Notes under the pieces: generated by a model | The model's database searches: none | Seen by the model: the letters and a program-made list of their open reading frames with translations, nothing else | What the model was told of the DNA's origin: nothing | Shown: positions 40,240 to 49,402 of the stretch, piece by piece | How the letters are laid out: the number at the start of each line of letters is the position of its first letter | Numbering within the stretch: the first letter of the stretch is position 1 | Origin: Muribaculaceae bacterium | GTDB lineage: Bacteria > Bacteroidota > Bacteroidia > Bacteroidales > Muribaculaceae | NCBI GenBank assembly: GCA_017557625.1 | Contig: JAFYYG010000031.1 | Coordinates: 1,547-65,546 of the forward strand | Direction: 5' to 3' | DNA: 64,000 nucleotides | Position numbers and translations under genes: made by a program

Positions 40240-40489
40240 GATTGTGTGAAAATTTTAATTAGTTATTATTTGAGTATTATAATCTTGTCGGCAAAGATAA
40301 TAAAAAAAAATGACCCAAAAATCTTTTTTTGAAAAATGATTCAGAAAAGCAAAAAATGACTTAAGGAACCACGAAATCTGTACTGCGTCAATAATGCATC
40401 AATAATTGGATTTTGTGTGAAAAAATATGTATTTTAGCTGCAGTCTCAACTTTTTTCACTAAGTTTGCAGATTATTTTGATAAAACGTT

Positions 40490-42082
40490 ATGAGTATTCT
40501 TGAGAAGATTTTTAAAAAGAAAGATGCCTCTAAAAAAGGCGAAGTAAAAGATAAAGAGAATAAAACCGAAGAGAATGTACGCCAAACAGGCTCATTACAA
40601 GAGCGTTTGGGTCGCGTGAAGAAGACACGCTGGATACGTTTTGGCATAGTGAGTTTCATCTTCTTTGCCTGGGTGGCTTGGCTGGGAAACTGGTGGGTAG
40701 CACTGTGGTGGTTCCTGCTTGCCGACATCTACCTCACACAGTTCATCCCTTGGAATTGGTGGAAGTTCAGCAAGAGCAAGGTGGTGCGCACCGTGATGAG
40801 CTGGGTCGATGCCATCGTCTATGCTCTAATTCTGGTCTATTTCCTCTTTGCCTTCGTGGGGCAGAACTATCAGATTCCGTCGTCATCGCTCGAGAAGACG
40901 CTGCTCACTGGCGACTTCCTGTGGGTGAACAAGATGGTGTATGGTCCCCGTGTGCCCATGACACCGATCCACTTCCCGCTGGCGCAGAACGAGATATTCG
41001 GCATAAAGAGCTATATCGAGCATCCGCAGTTTAAGTATCATCGCCTCAAGGGCTTCCGCAACGTGGAGCGCGGCGACATTGTGGTCTTTAACTTCCCAGC
41101 CGGCGATACCGTGGTGGTGGGAAGGACCAATCCAGACTACTATACACAGGTAATGGAGTTTGGGGCCATGAAATTAGCCGAAGAGTCAAATTGCATCCCC
41201 GATACTATTTATAGAAGACTAATTTCTAACCCAAGTCTTTATGGACTACTGATGGAAAAGGGGCGCAATTATTTACGCAGTAGTTTTGATATTATCTACC
41301 GTCCCGTTGACCGCCGCGACAACTATGTGAAGCGCTGCGTGGGCCTTCCGGGCGAAAGGATTGCCATAAAAAATGGAAGGGTGTACATCAACGGCGAAGT
41401 AATCAGCGAGCCTAAGAATGTGCAATATAACTATGATATATATTTAAAGAGTGGTTTTTATGACGATAGCTACTTAATTGATGAGTTGGGTATGGCACGT
41501 TCCGATTTTGAAGCTGATGAATTTAAGGACCATAGGGTAATGGATGAAAAAGGTGTTAAATATTTACATGATGTTCCTCTCACTTATGAGATGAAGTCTA
41601 AACTGGAAGGCTGCTCTTGGGTCACCAGAATTGATCCATCTGAAATTGGAGAAGGAGAAAGCCTTTACATCTATCCTGTGGGCAAGGTGTATGGCTGGAC
41701 GCGCAGCAATTTTGCTAACGATATTGGTGGCCTGTGGATTCCCAAGAAAGGCGGGGCTATTGACCTCACCAACAAGAGAAATCAGGAAATCTATGCTCGC
41801 TGCATCCATGACTATGAGTGCGTGGACCTCACCATCAAGAACGGCAAGGCCTATATCGATGGTAAGCAAGTGAGCAGCTACACCTTCAAGATGGATTACT
41901 ACTGGATGATGGGTGACAACCGCGACAACTCCCTCGACTCGCGATTCTGGGGCTTCGTGCCCGAAGACCACATCGTGGGAACTCCAATGTTTGTTATCGT
42001 CTCCTTCGATAAGGAGAAGGGGTGGTTCGACGGTAAAATACGCTGGAACCGCATCTTCCGTGACGCAAACCCCGATAAATAG
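40490..42082 (+). CDS. lepB: Signal peptidase I
   Basis: IPSSSLEKTLLTGDFL, RGDIVVFN, YVKRCVGLPG, MMGDNRDNSLDSRFWGFVP. Confidence 0.95.
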   Translation: MSILEKIFKKKDASKKGEVKDKENKTEENVRQTGSLQERLGRVKKTRWIRFGIVSFIFFAWVAWLGNWWVALWWFLLADIYLTQFIPWNWWKFSKSKVVRTVMSWVDAIVYALILVYFLFAFVGQNYQIPSSSLEKTLLTGDFLWVNKMVYGPRVPMTPIHFPLAQNEIFGIKSYIEHPQFKYHRLKGFRNVERGDIVVFNFPAGDTVVVGRTNPDYYTQVMEFGAMKLAEESNCIPDTIYRRLISNPSLYGLLMEKGRNYLRSSFDIIYRPVDRRDNYVKRCVGLPGERIAIKNGRVYINGEVISEPKNVQYNYDIYLKSGFYDDSYLIDELGMARSDFEADEFKDHRVMDEKGVKYLHDVPLTYEMKSKLEGCSWVTRIDPSEIGEGESLYIYPVGKVYGWTRSNFANDIGGLWIPKKGGAIDLTNKRNQEIYARCIHDYECVDLTIKNGKAYIDGKQVSSYTFKMDYYWMMGDNRDNSLDSRFWGFVPEDHIVGTPMFVIVSFDKEKGWFDGKIRWNRIFRDANPDK

Positions 42083-42201
42083 GCGCCTTCGCGCTGGGTT
42101 ATGGGTTATTGGTTATCGTTCCAATCACCACTCTTCACTCTTCACTCTCCACTCTCCACTCTGTACTCTCCACTTAAAACCTTACGACTTAACACTTAAC
42201 T

Positions 42202-42855
42202 ATGGTGCTTGGTAGCTTTTGTGCGGGCGATGTGCGGTGCTATGCCGCCATGGTCATGGCGGGCGAGGTGGTGATTGACGCCACCGAGCGCCACCTGCCG
42301 CTGCGTCACAGCCACCACCGTTATGTCATCGATGCCCCCAATGGCCCCGTAAAGCTCACTGTGCCGCTGGTGGGAAGCACCAATGCCATGCCTGTGATGA
42401 TGCGCGACGTGCTAGTGAGCGAACACGGCAACTGGCGGCATCTGCATTGGGGGGCACTGTTCTCGTCCTACGGCAAGAGCCCGTTCTTCGACTTCATCGC
42501 CGATGACCTGCACCATATTGTCTTGGAAGGCACACAGCAGCGCCTCCTTGACCTTAATATGGAGCTGCATAATCTGGTGGTTGAGTTTATGGACCTGCCC
42601 GTCACAACCCGTGTGGTGAGTGACGAAGACGAAATCGCAGCATTAGTAGCCAACGGAGCCCTTGACCTGCGAGGCAAGATAGGCGGCAAACGCGGCGACA
42701 CACTGCCCATTGCCGATGTGCCATATTATCAGATGTGGAGCAACCGTCGCGGCAACTTCCAGCCACGCCTGAGCATCCTCGACCTGCTCATGAACGTAGG
42801 CCGAGAAGGCATTTTTACACTACTGAAAATGGTTAAAGAACCGCTGAAATTATAA
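42202..42855 (+). CDS. WbqC-family protein
   Basis: LTVP, SEHGNWRHLHWGALFSSYGKSPFF, YYQ, LSILDLLMNVG; follows lepB. Confidence 0.88.
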   Translation: MVLGSFCAGDVRCYAAMVMAGEVVIDATERHLPLRHSHHRYVIDAPNGPVKLTVPLVGSTNAMPVMMRDVLVSEHGNWRHLHWGALFSSYGKSPFFDFIADDLHHIVLEGTQQRLLDLNMELHNLVVEFMDLPVTTRVVSDEDEIAALVANGALDLRGKIGGKRGDTLPIADVPYYQMWSNRRGNFQPRLSILDLLMNVGREGIFTLLKMVKEPLKL

Positions 42856-42927
42856 AAAACGTTAAAGCGTTGCATACTTTTTCACATTTTAATTGTAGTA
42901 TTACTGAAAATGATTATCTTTGCACCG

Positions 42928-42992
42928 TGTTTTTCATGGTATTAGATTTAAGGTTAATTAAGATTGGTTGTCGTGAGACAATCAATTTTTTT
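42928..42992 (+). ncRNA. Candidate small RNA
   Basis: -7 element TATCTTTG at 42915-42922; short body CATGGTATTAGATTTAAGGTTAA; terminator gattggttgtc-gtga-gacaatcaatt plus T-run. Confidence 0.55.
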
Positions 42993-43131
42993 GTCCTAAG
43001 TGGAACCAGGGGAAATAGTAAGAAAATAGTAAGAAAAAACCACTTTAAAATAAAAAAAATCACAATATCTTGGTGGTTTCAAGATTTTGACGTAACTTTG
43101 CAGTCGCTTTTCGGCTCTGTGGGTCGAGAGC

Positions 43132-43205
43132 GGTCCCATAGCTCAGTTGGTTAGAGCACCTGACTCATAATCAGGGAGTCCTTGGTTCAAGCCCAAGTGG
43201 GACCA
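43132..43205 (+). tRNA. tRNA with CAT anticodon, probably tRNA-Ile2 (lysidine); not an initiator
   Basis: Acceptor GGTCCCA/TGGGACC, D arm AGCTCAGTTGGTTAGAGC, anticodon arm CCTGA-CTCATAA-TCAGG, T loop GTTCAAG; CCA not encoded; promoter TAACTTTG at 43093. Confidence 0.93.
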
Positions 43206-43212
43206 CGCTTTC

Positions 43213-43252
43213 AAATCGCTAATCACTTGTTAATGAGTGGTTAGCGATTTTT
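43213..43252 (+). terminator. Hairpin/terminator after the tRNA
   Basis: aaatcgctaatcactt...gagtggttagcgattttt. Confidence 0.65.
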
Positions 43253-43386
43253 GTATATAAAAATCTTTGCTATTTTCTCGTTGTGATGGCGATACTTTGG
43301 AAAATTCTATCTAACTTTGTAGGTTAAAACCGTTTATTCTCATTTTTTTGAGTTTAGACTTTAGGTTAATAAAACGATTTTATGGC

Positions 43387-46300
43387 ATGAAGAAATTTTT
43401 GAAATGGAGCTATAAGACCTTGCGTGCGACGTTCATGACGATTGTTGTGACGCTTGTCGTGGCTTATGGTGCGCTCTATCTCATTGTGAGCATGCCTTAT
43501 TTTCAGAACAAGATAAAAGCCATTGGAGAGCGTGAGCTGAGTGAATACTTGGGCACTAATGTCACTATAGAAGGCATCACAATATCACCCTTCAACCAAG
43601 TGGTACTCACGGGAGTGAATATTCCCGACCAAAGTAACGGAGACCTTATTAACGTTGATAAGCTTGGTGCAGGAATAAACCTCTCGGACTTTATATTTAA
43701 GCGCAAACTGGTTTTCACCTTTGCCGAAGTGAACGGTCTGCATGGTCATGTGACGCGTCCCGACAAAGACAGTCCCACCAATTTGCAGTTCATTATAGAC
43801 AAGCTCAAATCAAAGCCCGGCAAGCCGCCAAAGCCCTATGACATCAAGATCCAGCATGCCATTTTGCGTAACTGCGACATCAGCTATGATGTGCTCAATG
43901 AGCCTCACAAGAATCCTGGAGTTTTTGATCCCAATCATCTCCAGGCTACCGACTTGATTGCCGACCTCTCGTTCCCACGTATCAAGAACAACGATTTCAT
44001 AATCGATGTCGAGCGCTTGACGGTGAACGAGAAAAACGGTCTGCAAGTGAAGAATGTGACTGGTTTGTTCAATATTACCGACAAGAGCGCGTCGTTCAGC
44101 AACCTCGTTATTGACTTGCCAGGCACTCATCTTACTCCAGCCGACGCCACATTCCACTACACTTCGCTAGGCAATGCCATAAATGAGATTAAGCAGCAGC
44201 CCATCACCCTTGACATGACCGACAACTACGTGACGCTTGCCGATTTTAAGACTTTTGCCCCCAAGTTGGCGCAATATGTTGACCCCGTGCATTTCACTGT
44301 TGATGCGGTGGCCACTCGCGACATGATTGACGTGAGGAACCTCAAGCTTAACGCTCAGAATGGCAACATCGTCCTTGACCTGGTTGGAAAGTTCACCAAC
44401 TTACGCAACCCCAGGGTTATGGACTTTGATGTGCGCCACATCGACCTGAAGGCATCTCGCACCGAGATAGCTCGCCTCACTCATGAGTTTGCCCGCCTGT
44501 CGCCACAGGCGCAAGCTATAGTCGATAAATGTGGCAATGTGCATCTTGTGGGCAAGGCCAAAGGCAATCTCTCGAACCTCACCATCGACACCAAGCTCGA
44601 CACCGACTTGGGCAATGTGGCTCTTAATGGCTCCTACGCCACCGACGGACACACCAAGCGTGTCAAAGCCCATGTTAGTTCCGGCGGTTTTAACTTGGGG
44701 CGCGCACTGAGCAAGGAAGACCTGCTGGGGATGATAGCGATGGATGTCAACGTTGATGCCTCGCTACTGGCCGACAAGAATGTCGTGGGCAACATCAATG
44801 GCAAGGTTGACCATATTGACTTAAAGGGCTATCGCTATCACAACATCATTGCCGATGTTGACGTTGACCACAATAATTATAGCGGCTCTGTAGCCATCAA
44901 CGACCCTAACGGAATGGTTGACCTCAAGGGCGACTTCACACTCGATGGACCGAACTCCTCTTACGATTTTGACCTAATCGCCAGGAATGTGAACTTCGCA
45001 AAATTGAACCTTACCAACAAGTATCCTGCTAATGCGTTGAACCTTGACATGACAGCAAGTGTTAGAGGCAACAACATCTCCAACTTGGCGGGTAACGTGA
45101 GGGTTGATGACGTGTCGTTCATCAACAGCGAAACAGGCAAGGGCTTCCACGCTAGCAACCTCATGGTGGATGCCAGCGAGAGCAATGGCGTGAAGCGCCT
45201 GACTATCGACACCGACTTCCTGCACGGCAACATAGAAGGACAATACGACTTCGCCAGCCTCGTCCCAGCCATCAAGGGCATGGCCTCGAAATGTTTCCCC
45301 CAGTTCATGAGCGGCCACATGCCGCCCACCACAGGCAACAACAATTTCTCCTTCAACATCGCAGTTGATCCCAACGATGAATTTGAGAATTACATATCTT
45401 CTTACGTCAAGTTGCCAGTGAAACTGGCCTATAAAGCCACTATCGATGGACATTTCGATGAGGCAAACAAAGACTTGGCAGTGGATGTAAATATGCCTTA
45501 TCTTATTCAAGGCAACCGTCTTATTGAGGGAACCAAGATTCATGTCGCCAAGGACAGCAATGCCGACAATGTGACGATGACGGCACAAGCCATCCTTCCC
45601 AGCGACAAGGGAAACCTCTCGGTAAACATTGATGCCAATGCCATCAACGACGGCATCGACGCCAATCTCAACTGGGTTTTGAACCGTCCCACCGATTACC
45701 ATGGCAACGTGAGCCTCTCGGCTCAACTAGGTAGGGACTATGACGGCAAGTTCATGACCCAAGTGGATATCAATCCCACCGAAGTGGTGGTAAACGGCAC
45801 CGTGTGGGATGTGAACGAGGGGCATTTGGAGTATCGCAATGGCGTGATTGACGTGGAGGAGATAAAGGGCTCGTGTGCCGACCAGTTTGTGAAAATTGCC
45901 GGCAAGGTGTCGCGCGACCCTGACGATATGCTCACCGTAGCGCTCAAAGACATTCGTCTCGACTACATCTTCGAGACATTGAAAATCAACCATGTCACCT
46001 TTGGTGGAAGTGCTACTGGAGAGTTCCAGCTTGCCGACTTGTTCTCCAAGTCGCCACGACTGAGCACCGAGAGTCTGCATGTCAAGGACTTGACCTACAA
46101 TGGGGCGCACATGGGTGATGGTGACATCAAGAGCAGCTTCGATGTGGAGAACACTGCCGTTAAGCTTAACTGCGACTTGACTCAGAAAAATGGCTTGCAC
46201 ACTTATATCAACGGAGAAATCTTCGCTGCCTCCGACTCGCTCTATATAGAGTTTATCGCCAATAAAGCCAACGTGGAGTTTATGAAGCCATTTATGGAGG

Positions 46301-48021
46301 CGTTTACTGAAGAGGTGAAAGGCGAGGTGTCGGGTAGGGCAGTGCTCTTTGGCAATTTTAAGACTATTGACCTCTATGGAGATGTGTATGCCGATGACAT
46401 AAGTCTCAAGATTGGCTACACCAATGTCACCTATCACTGCTCCGACTCGGTGCACATTGAGCCAGGTCTCATCGCCTTTAAAGACATTACCATCCGCGAC
46501 CGCGACAACCACACGGCAAAGCTCAGTGGGTGGTTGCGGCACAATGCGTTCCACGACCCGGAGTTTAACTTCACGGTCACCGATGCTCATGACCTGCTGG
46601 TCTATGACATCACCCCGGCAATGAACCCCGACTGGTATGGCACCATCTATGGCAATGGCACTGCGATAATAGCGGGCGAGCCAGGGGAGGTGAGAATAGG
46701 TGTCAACATGGAGACCGCCGATAACAGCAAATTCACCTTTGTGCTGAGTGACGCCGAGGTCGCCAACGAGTATAATTTCATCACCTTCCGTGACCGCGAC
46801 AAGAAAGATGAGCCGCCAGTGGCGGTGGTCGATACTGTGAAGAGCTATGTCGATGAACTGCCCGAGGAAGTGCGTCAGCTTCTTGTGCTCAAGACCGTCA
46901 ATAACGAGCAGCAAAATGAGATTCCCACGCGCTTTACCATCGACTTGCAGGCCGACATCACCCCCGAGGCCGAGATTGTGCTGGTTATGGATCCTGTGGG
47001 TGGAGACCGCATCAGGGCGTTTGGCTCAGGCAATTTGCGCTTGAATTATAACAGCATTGACGATAGTTTTGAGATGTTCGGTAAATATATGCTTGATAAA
47101 GGCTCTTATAACTTCACCCTTCAGGACATCATCATCAAGGACTTCACCATTAGAAGCGGCAGCACCATCAGTTTTAACGGCAATCCCTATAATGCCAACC
47201 TCGACATAAATGCCGTTTATTCGCTCAATGCTAACCTCAGCGACCTTGACAACTCGTTCTCTACCGACCGCGACATCAACCGCACCAATGTGCCTGTCAA
47301 TGCTTTGCTTAAAGTAAAAGGTGATATCGACGAGCCCGAACTGTCGTTCGACCTGGAATTCCCCACTCTCACCAGCGATGCCTACAGCAAGGTCAAGAGC
47401 GTGTTAAGCACCGATGAGATGATGAGCCGCCAGATTATCTATCTGCTCGCCCTCAACCGCTTCTACACCCCCGACTATATGCAATCGACGAAGAACAACA
47501 ATGAGTTCACTTCGGTGGCTTCGTCAACCATCTCGTCGCAGCTGTCGAGCATTTTGGGGCAAATCAGTGATAACTGGCAAATCTCGCCAAACTTCCGTAG
47601 CGACAAGGGCGACTTCAGCGATGTTGAGGTGAACCTTGCGCTCTCAAGTCAACTTCTCAATAACCGCTTAATCTTCAATGGTAACTTTGGCTACCGCGAC
47701 AACACCTACAACACGCGCAACTCCAATTTCATTGGCGACTTCGACCTTGAGTATCTGCTCAACCGCAAGGGAACCATTCGCCTGAAGGCCTACAACCACT
47801 TCAACGACCAGAACTACTATGTGCGTGACGCGATGACCACACAGGGCGTGGGCGTGGTGTTCAAGCATGATTTCGACCGCCTATTTGGAAAGAAGCAGCA
47901 GCCTCAACCTGAGGCTACCGATACTGTCGCGGCTCCTGTAGCAACAGAGCCCGAGGACAACTTGATACGTATCACACCTCGCAAACCTGAGGAACCCACC
48001 GACAGCATCAGTGCGCAATGA
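43387..48021 (+). CDS. tamB: Translocation/assembly module TamB (AsmA-like, DUF490)
   Basis: About 1545 aa; N-terminal TM anchor; beta-rich body; C-terminal F.GNPYNA.LD...LLNNRLIFNGNFGYR...FIGDFDLEY. Confidence 0.88.
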   Translation: MKKFLKWSYKTLRATFMTIVVTLVVAYGALYLIVSMPYFQNKIKAIGERELSEYLGTNVTIEGITISPFNQVVLTGVNIPDQSNGDLINVDKLGAGINLSDFIFKRKLVFTFAEVNGLHGHVTRPDKDSPTNLQFIIDKLKSKPGKPPKPYDIKIQHAILRNCDISYDVLNEPHKNPGVFDPNHLQATDLIADLSFPRIKNNDFIIDVERLTVNEKNGLQVKNVTGLFNITDKSASFSNLVIDLPGTHLTPADATFHYTSLGNAINEIKQQPITLDMTDNYVTLADFKTFAPKLAQYVDPVHFTVDAVATRDMIDVRNLKLNAQNGNIVLDLVGKFTNLRNPRVMDFDVRHIDLKASRTEIARLTHEFARLSPQAQAIVDKCGNVHLVGKAKGNLSNLTIDTKLDTDLGNVALNGSYATDGHTKRVKAHVSSGGFNLGRALSKEDLLGMIAMDVNVDASLLADKNVVGNINGKVDHIDLKGYRYHNIIADVDVDHNNYSGSVAINDPNGMVDLKGDFTLDGPNSSYDFDLIARNVNFAKLNLTNKYPANALNLDMTASVRGNNISNLAGNVRVDDVSFINSETGKGFHASNLMVDASESNGVKRLTIDTDFLHGNIEGQYDFASLVPAIKGMASKCFPQFMSGHMPPTTGNNNFSFNIAVDPNDEFENYISSYVKLPVKLAYKATIDGHFDEANKDLAVDVNMPYLIQGNRLIEGTKIHVAKDSNADNVTMTAQAILPSDKGNLSVNIDANAINDGIDANLNWVLNRPTDYHGNVSLSAQLGRDYDGKFMTQVDINPTEVVVNGTVWDVNEGHLEYRNGVIDVEEIKGSCADQFVKIAGKVSRDPDDMLTVALKDIRLDYIFETLKINHVTFGGSATGEFQLADLFSKSPRLSTESLHVKDLTYNGAHMGDGDIKSSFDVENTAVKLNCDLTQKNGLHTYINGEIFAASDSLYIEFIANKANVEFMKPFMEAFTEEVKGEVSGRAVLFGNFKTIDLYGDVYADDISLKIGYTNVTYHCSDSVHIEPGLIAFKDITIRDRDNHTAKLSGWLRHNAFHDPEFNFTVTDAHDLLVYDITPAMNPDWYGTIYGNGTAIIAGEPGEVRIGVNMETADNSKFTFVLSDAEVANEYNFITFRDRDKKDEPPVAVVDTVKSYVDELPEEVRQLLVLKTVNNEQQNEIPTRFTIDLQADITPEAEIVLVMDPVGGDRIRAFGSGNLRLNYNSIDDSFEMFGKYMLDKGSYNFTLQDIIIKDFTIRSGSTISFNGNPYNANLDINAVYSLNANLSDLDNSFSTDRDINRTNVPVNALLKVKGDIDEPELSFDLEFPTLTSDAYSKVKSVLSTDEMMSRQIIYLLALNRFYTPDYMQSTKNNNEFTSVASSTISSQLSSILGQISDNWQISPNFRSDKGDFSDVEVNLALSSQLLNNRLIFNGNFGYRDNTYNTRNSNFIGDFDLEYLLNRKGTIRLKAYNHFNDQNYYVRDAMTTQGVGVVFKHDFDRLFGKKQQPQPEATDTVAAPVATEPEDNLIRITPRKPEEPTDSISAQ

Positions 48022-49265
48022 GATTTTGGGCGGCAATATTGTTTTCGTTGATAGTGCTGACAGCATTTGCTAAATTGGCACCTAACGATGTGCTTGCAGC
48101 GCAATCACCCACTCCACAGTATGTGGACAGTGTTGTTGACCTTAGCCGTGGCAGCTCGCCTTTTGATCCCATCGATGAGCGCAAGGTGTTTCTCAAGCAT
48201 GTTCGCGACAGCATTGATGCCATTCCCTGGGACACCACTCGCGATGACCACTATTGGGAACGTGCTATAACCAACGGCGAGTGGAGCTTCTTCACCGACC
48301 ACACCGTCAAGAAACCTTTCCTGCTTGACTTGGCTTCGAAGGCTTATAATTTCTACTCCAAGGCCTTTAACAACTACGACACGACCTATGTGGTGGGCGT
48401 TAAAGAGGACTTTCGCATCATGCTCATCAACAACGACTGGCTCGACGGCTATGGGGGAATGATCGCCGACAATGACATGAAAGTGTTTATGCACTCAGGT
48501 GTTTCGTCGAGTGCTGGATTGCATTTCTCCTATATGGGAATAGGATACACCTATATGTTCGACCTCGACAACGTGTTCGGAGGAGACCCCACGCGCCACA
48601 TGAAGTGGGACCTCTCGTTTGCCACCTCACGCTTCTCATTTGAGGCCTATCGCTCACGCAATACCGGAGACGTAACAATAGGGCGATTTGGTGACTACAA
48701 CAATAAGCGCTACGCCAACAAGAAATTTAATGGCCTCACTCGTGTGTCATCTGGATATGACATATACTATTTCTTCAACCACCGCAAGTATTCGCAAGCT
48801 GCTGCCTACAGCTACTCCAAAATCCAGAAACGCAGCGCTGGCAGTTTTATAGCCGGCTTCCTGGTGGCGACTCAAGATGTGGACATCGACTTCACGACTC
48901 TCCCCGATGACATGAAAGAGTACTTGCCCTCACATGAAGATAATAAATACCAATACCGATACCACTATCGTTCCTACAGCTTTATGCTGGGATATGCCTA
49001 CAACTGGGTGTTTCACCGAAATTGGCTCTTCAACATAACCATGGCGCCTTCTTTGGGGTGGCGACATTCTTTCGTCAACTCTGTCGATGGCAAGCGCAAC
49101 ATGTTCGCCCTCGATTTGCGGGGAAGGCTCGGACTGGTATATAACATAGGCCACTTTTTCTACGGACTCCAGCTCCTCGTTGATGGTCACTTCTACCACA
49201 GCAAAGACCACAACTTCATCAACTCACTGCAAGATATGACACTATCAGTTGGTGTCAGGTTCTGA
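48018..49265 (+). CDS. DUF4421-family outer-membrane protein
   Basis: YYFFNHRKYSQAAAYSYSKIQKRSAGSFIAG, GYAYNWV, C-terminal VGVRF. Confidence 0.85.
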   Translation: MRFWAAILFSLIVLTAFAKLAPNDVLAAQSPTPQYVDSVVDLSRGSSPFDPIDERKVFLKHVRDSIDAIPWDTTRDDHYWERAITNGEWSFFTDHTVKKPFLLDLASKAYNFYSKAFNNYDTTYVVGVKEDFRIMLINNDWLDGYGGMIADNDMKVFMHSGVSSSAGLHFSYMGIGYTYMFDLDNVFGGDPTRHMKWDLSFATSRFSFEAYRSRNTGDVTIGRFGDYNNKRYANKKFNGLTRVSSGYDIYYFFNHRKYSQAAAYSYSKIQKRSAGSFIAGFLVATQDVDIDFTTLPDDMKEYLPSHEDNKYQYRYHYRSYSFMLGYAYNWVFHRNWLFNITMAPSLGWRHSFVNSVDGKRNMFALDLRGRLGLVYNIGHFFYGLQLLVDGHFYHSKDHNFINSLQDMTLSVGVRF

Positions 49266-49295
49266 ATCATCCCGAATAACCCACGAGAAGATGTC

Positions 49296-49343
49296 TTTAT
49301 TTTGCTACGAAGGCACCAAAACGCCTGTTCGTAGCAAAATAAA
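49296..49343. repeat. Orphan inverted repeat of the 12592-12710 box family
   Basis: TTTATTTTGCTACGAA-16 bp-TTCGTAGCAAAATAAA. Confidence 0.7.
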
Positions 49344-49350
49344 ACGCAAA

Positions 49351-49385
49351 AAATGAGACTTGAGGTTTGGTCCCAAGTCTCATTT
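49351..49385 (-). terminator. Bidirectional terminator
   Basis: aaatgagacttg...caagtctcattt. Confidence 0.7.
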
Positions 49386-49402
49386 ATTTGACTGAAAAGA
49401 GG

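Noticed and set aside
42870-43154. 94-aa ORF
   Set aside because: Spans promoters, a terminator hairpin and the tRNA 5' end; better explained as non-coding
43132-43260. tRNA as an island integration site
   Set aside because: Followed by a terminator and tamB; no integrase or duplicated tRNA 3' end noticed
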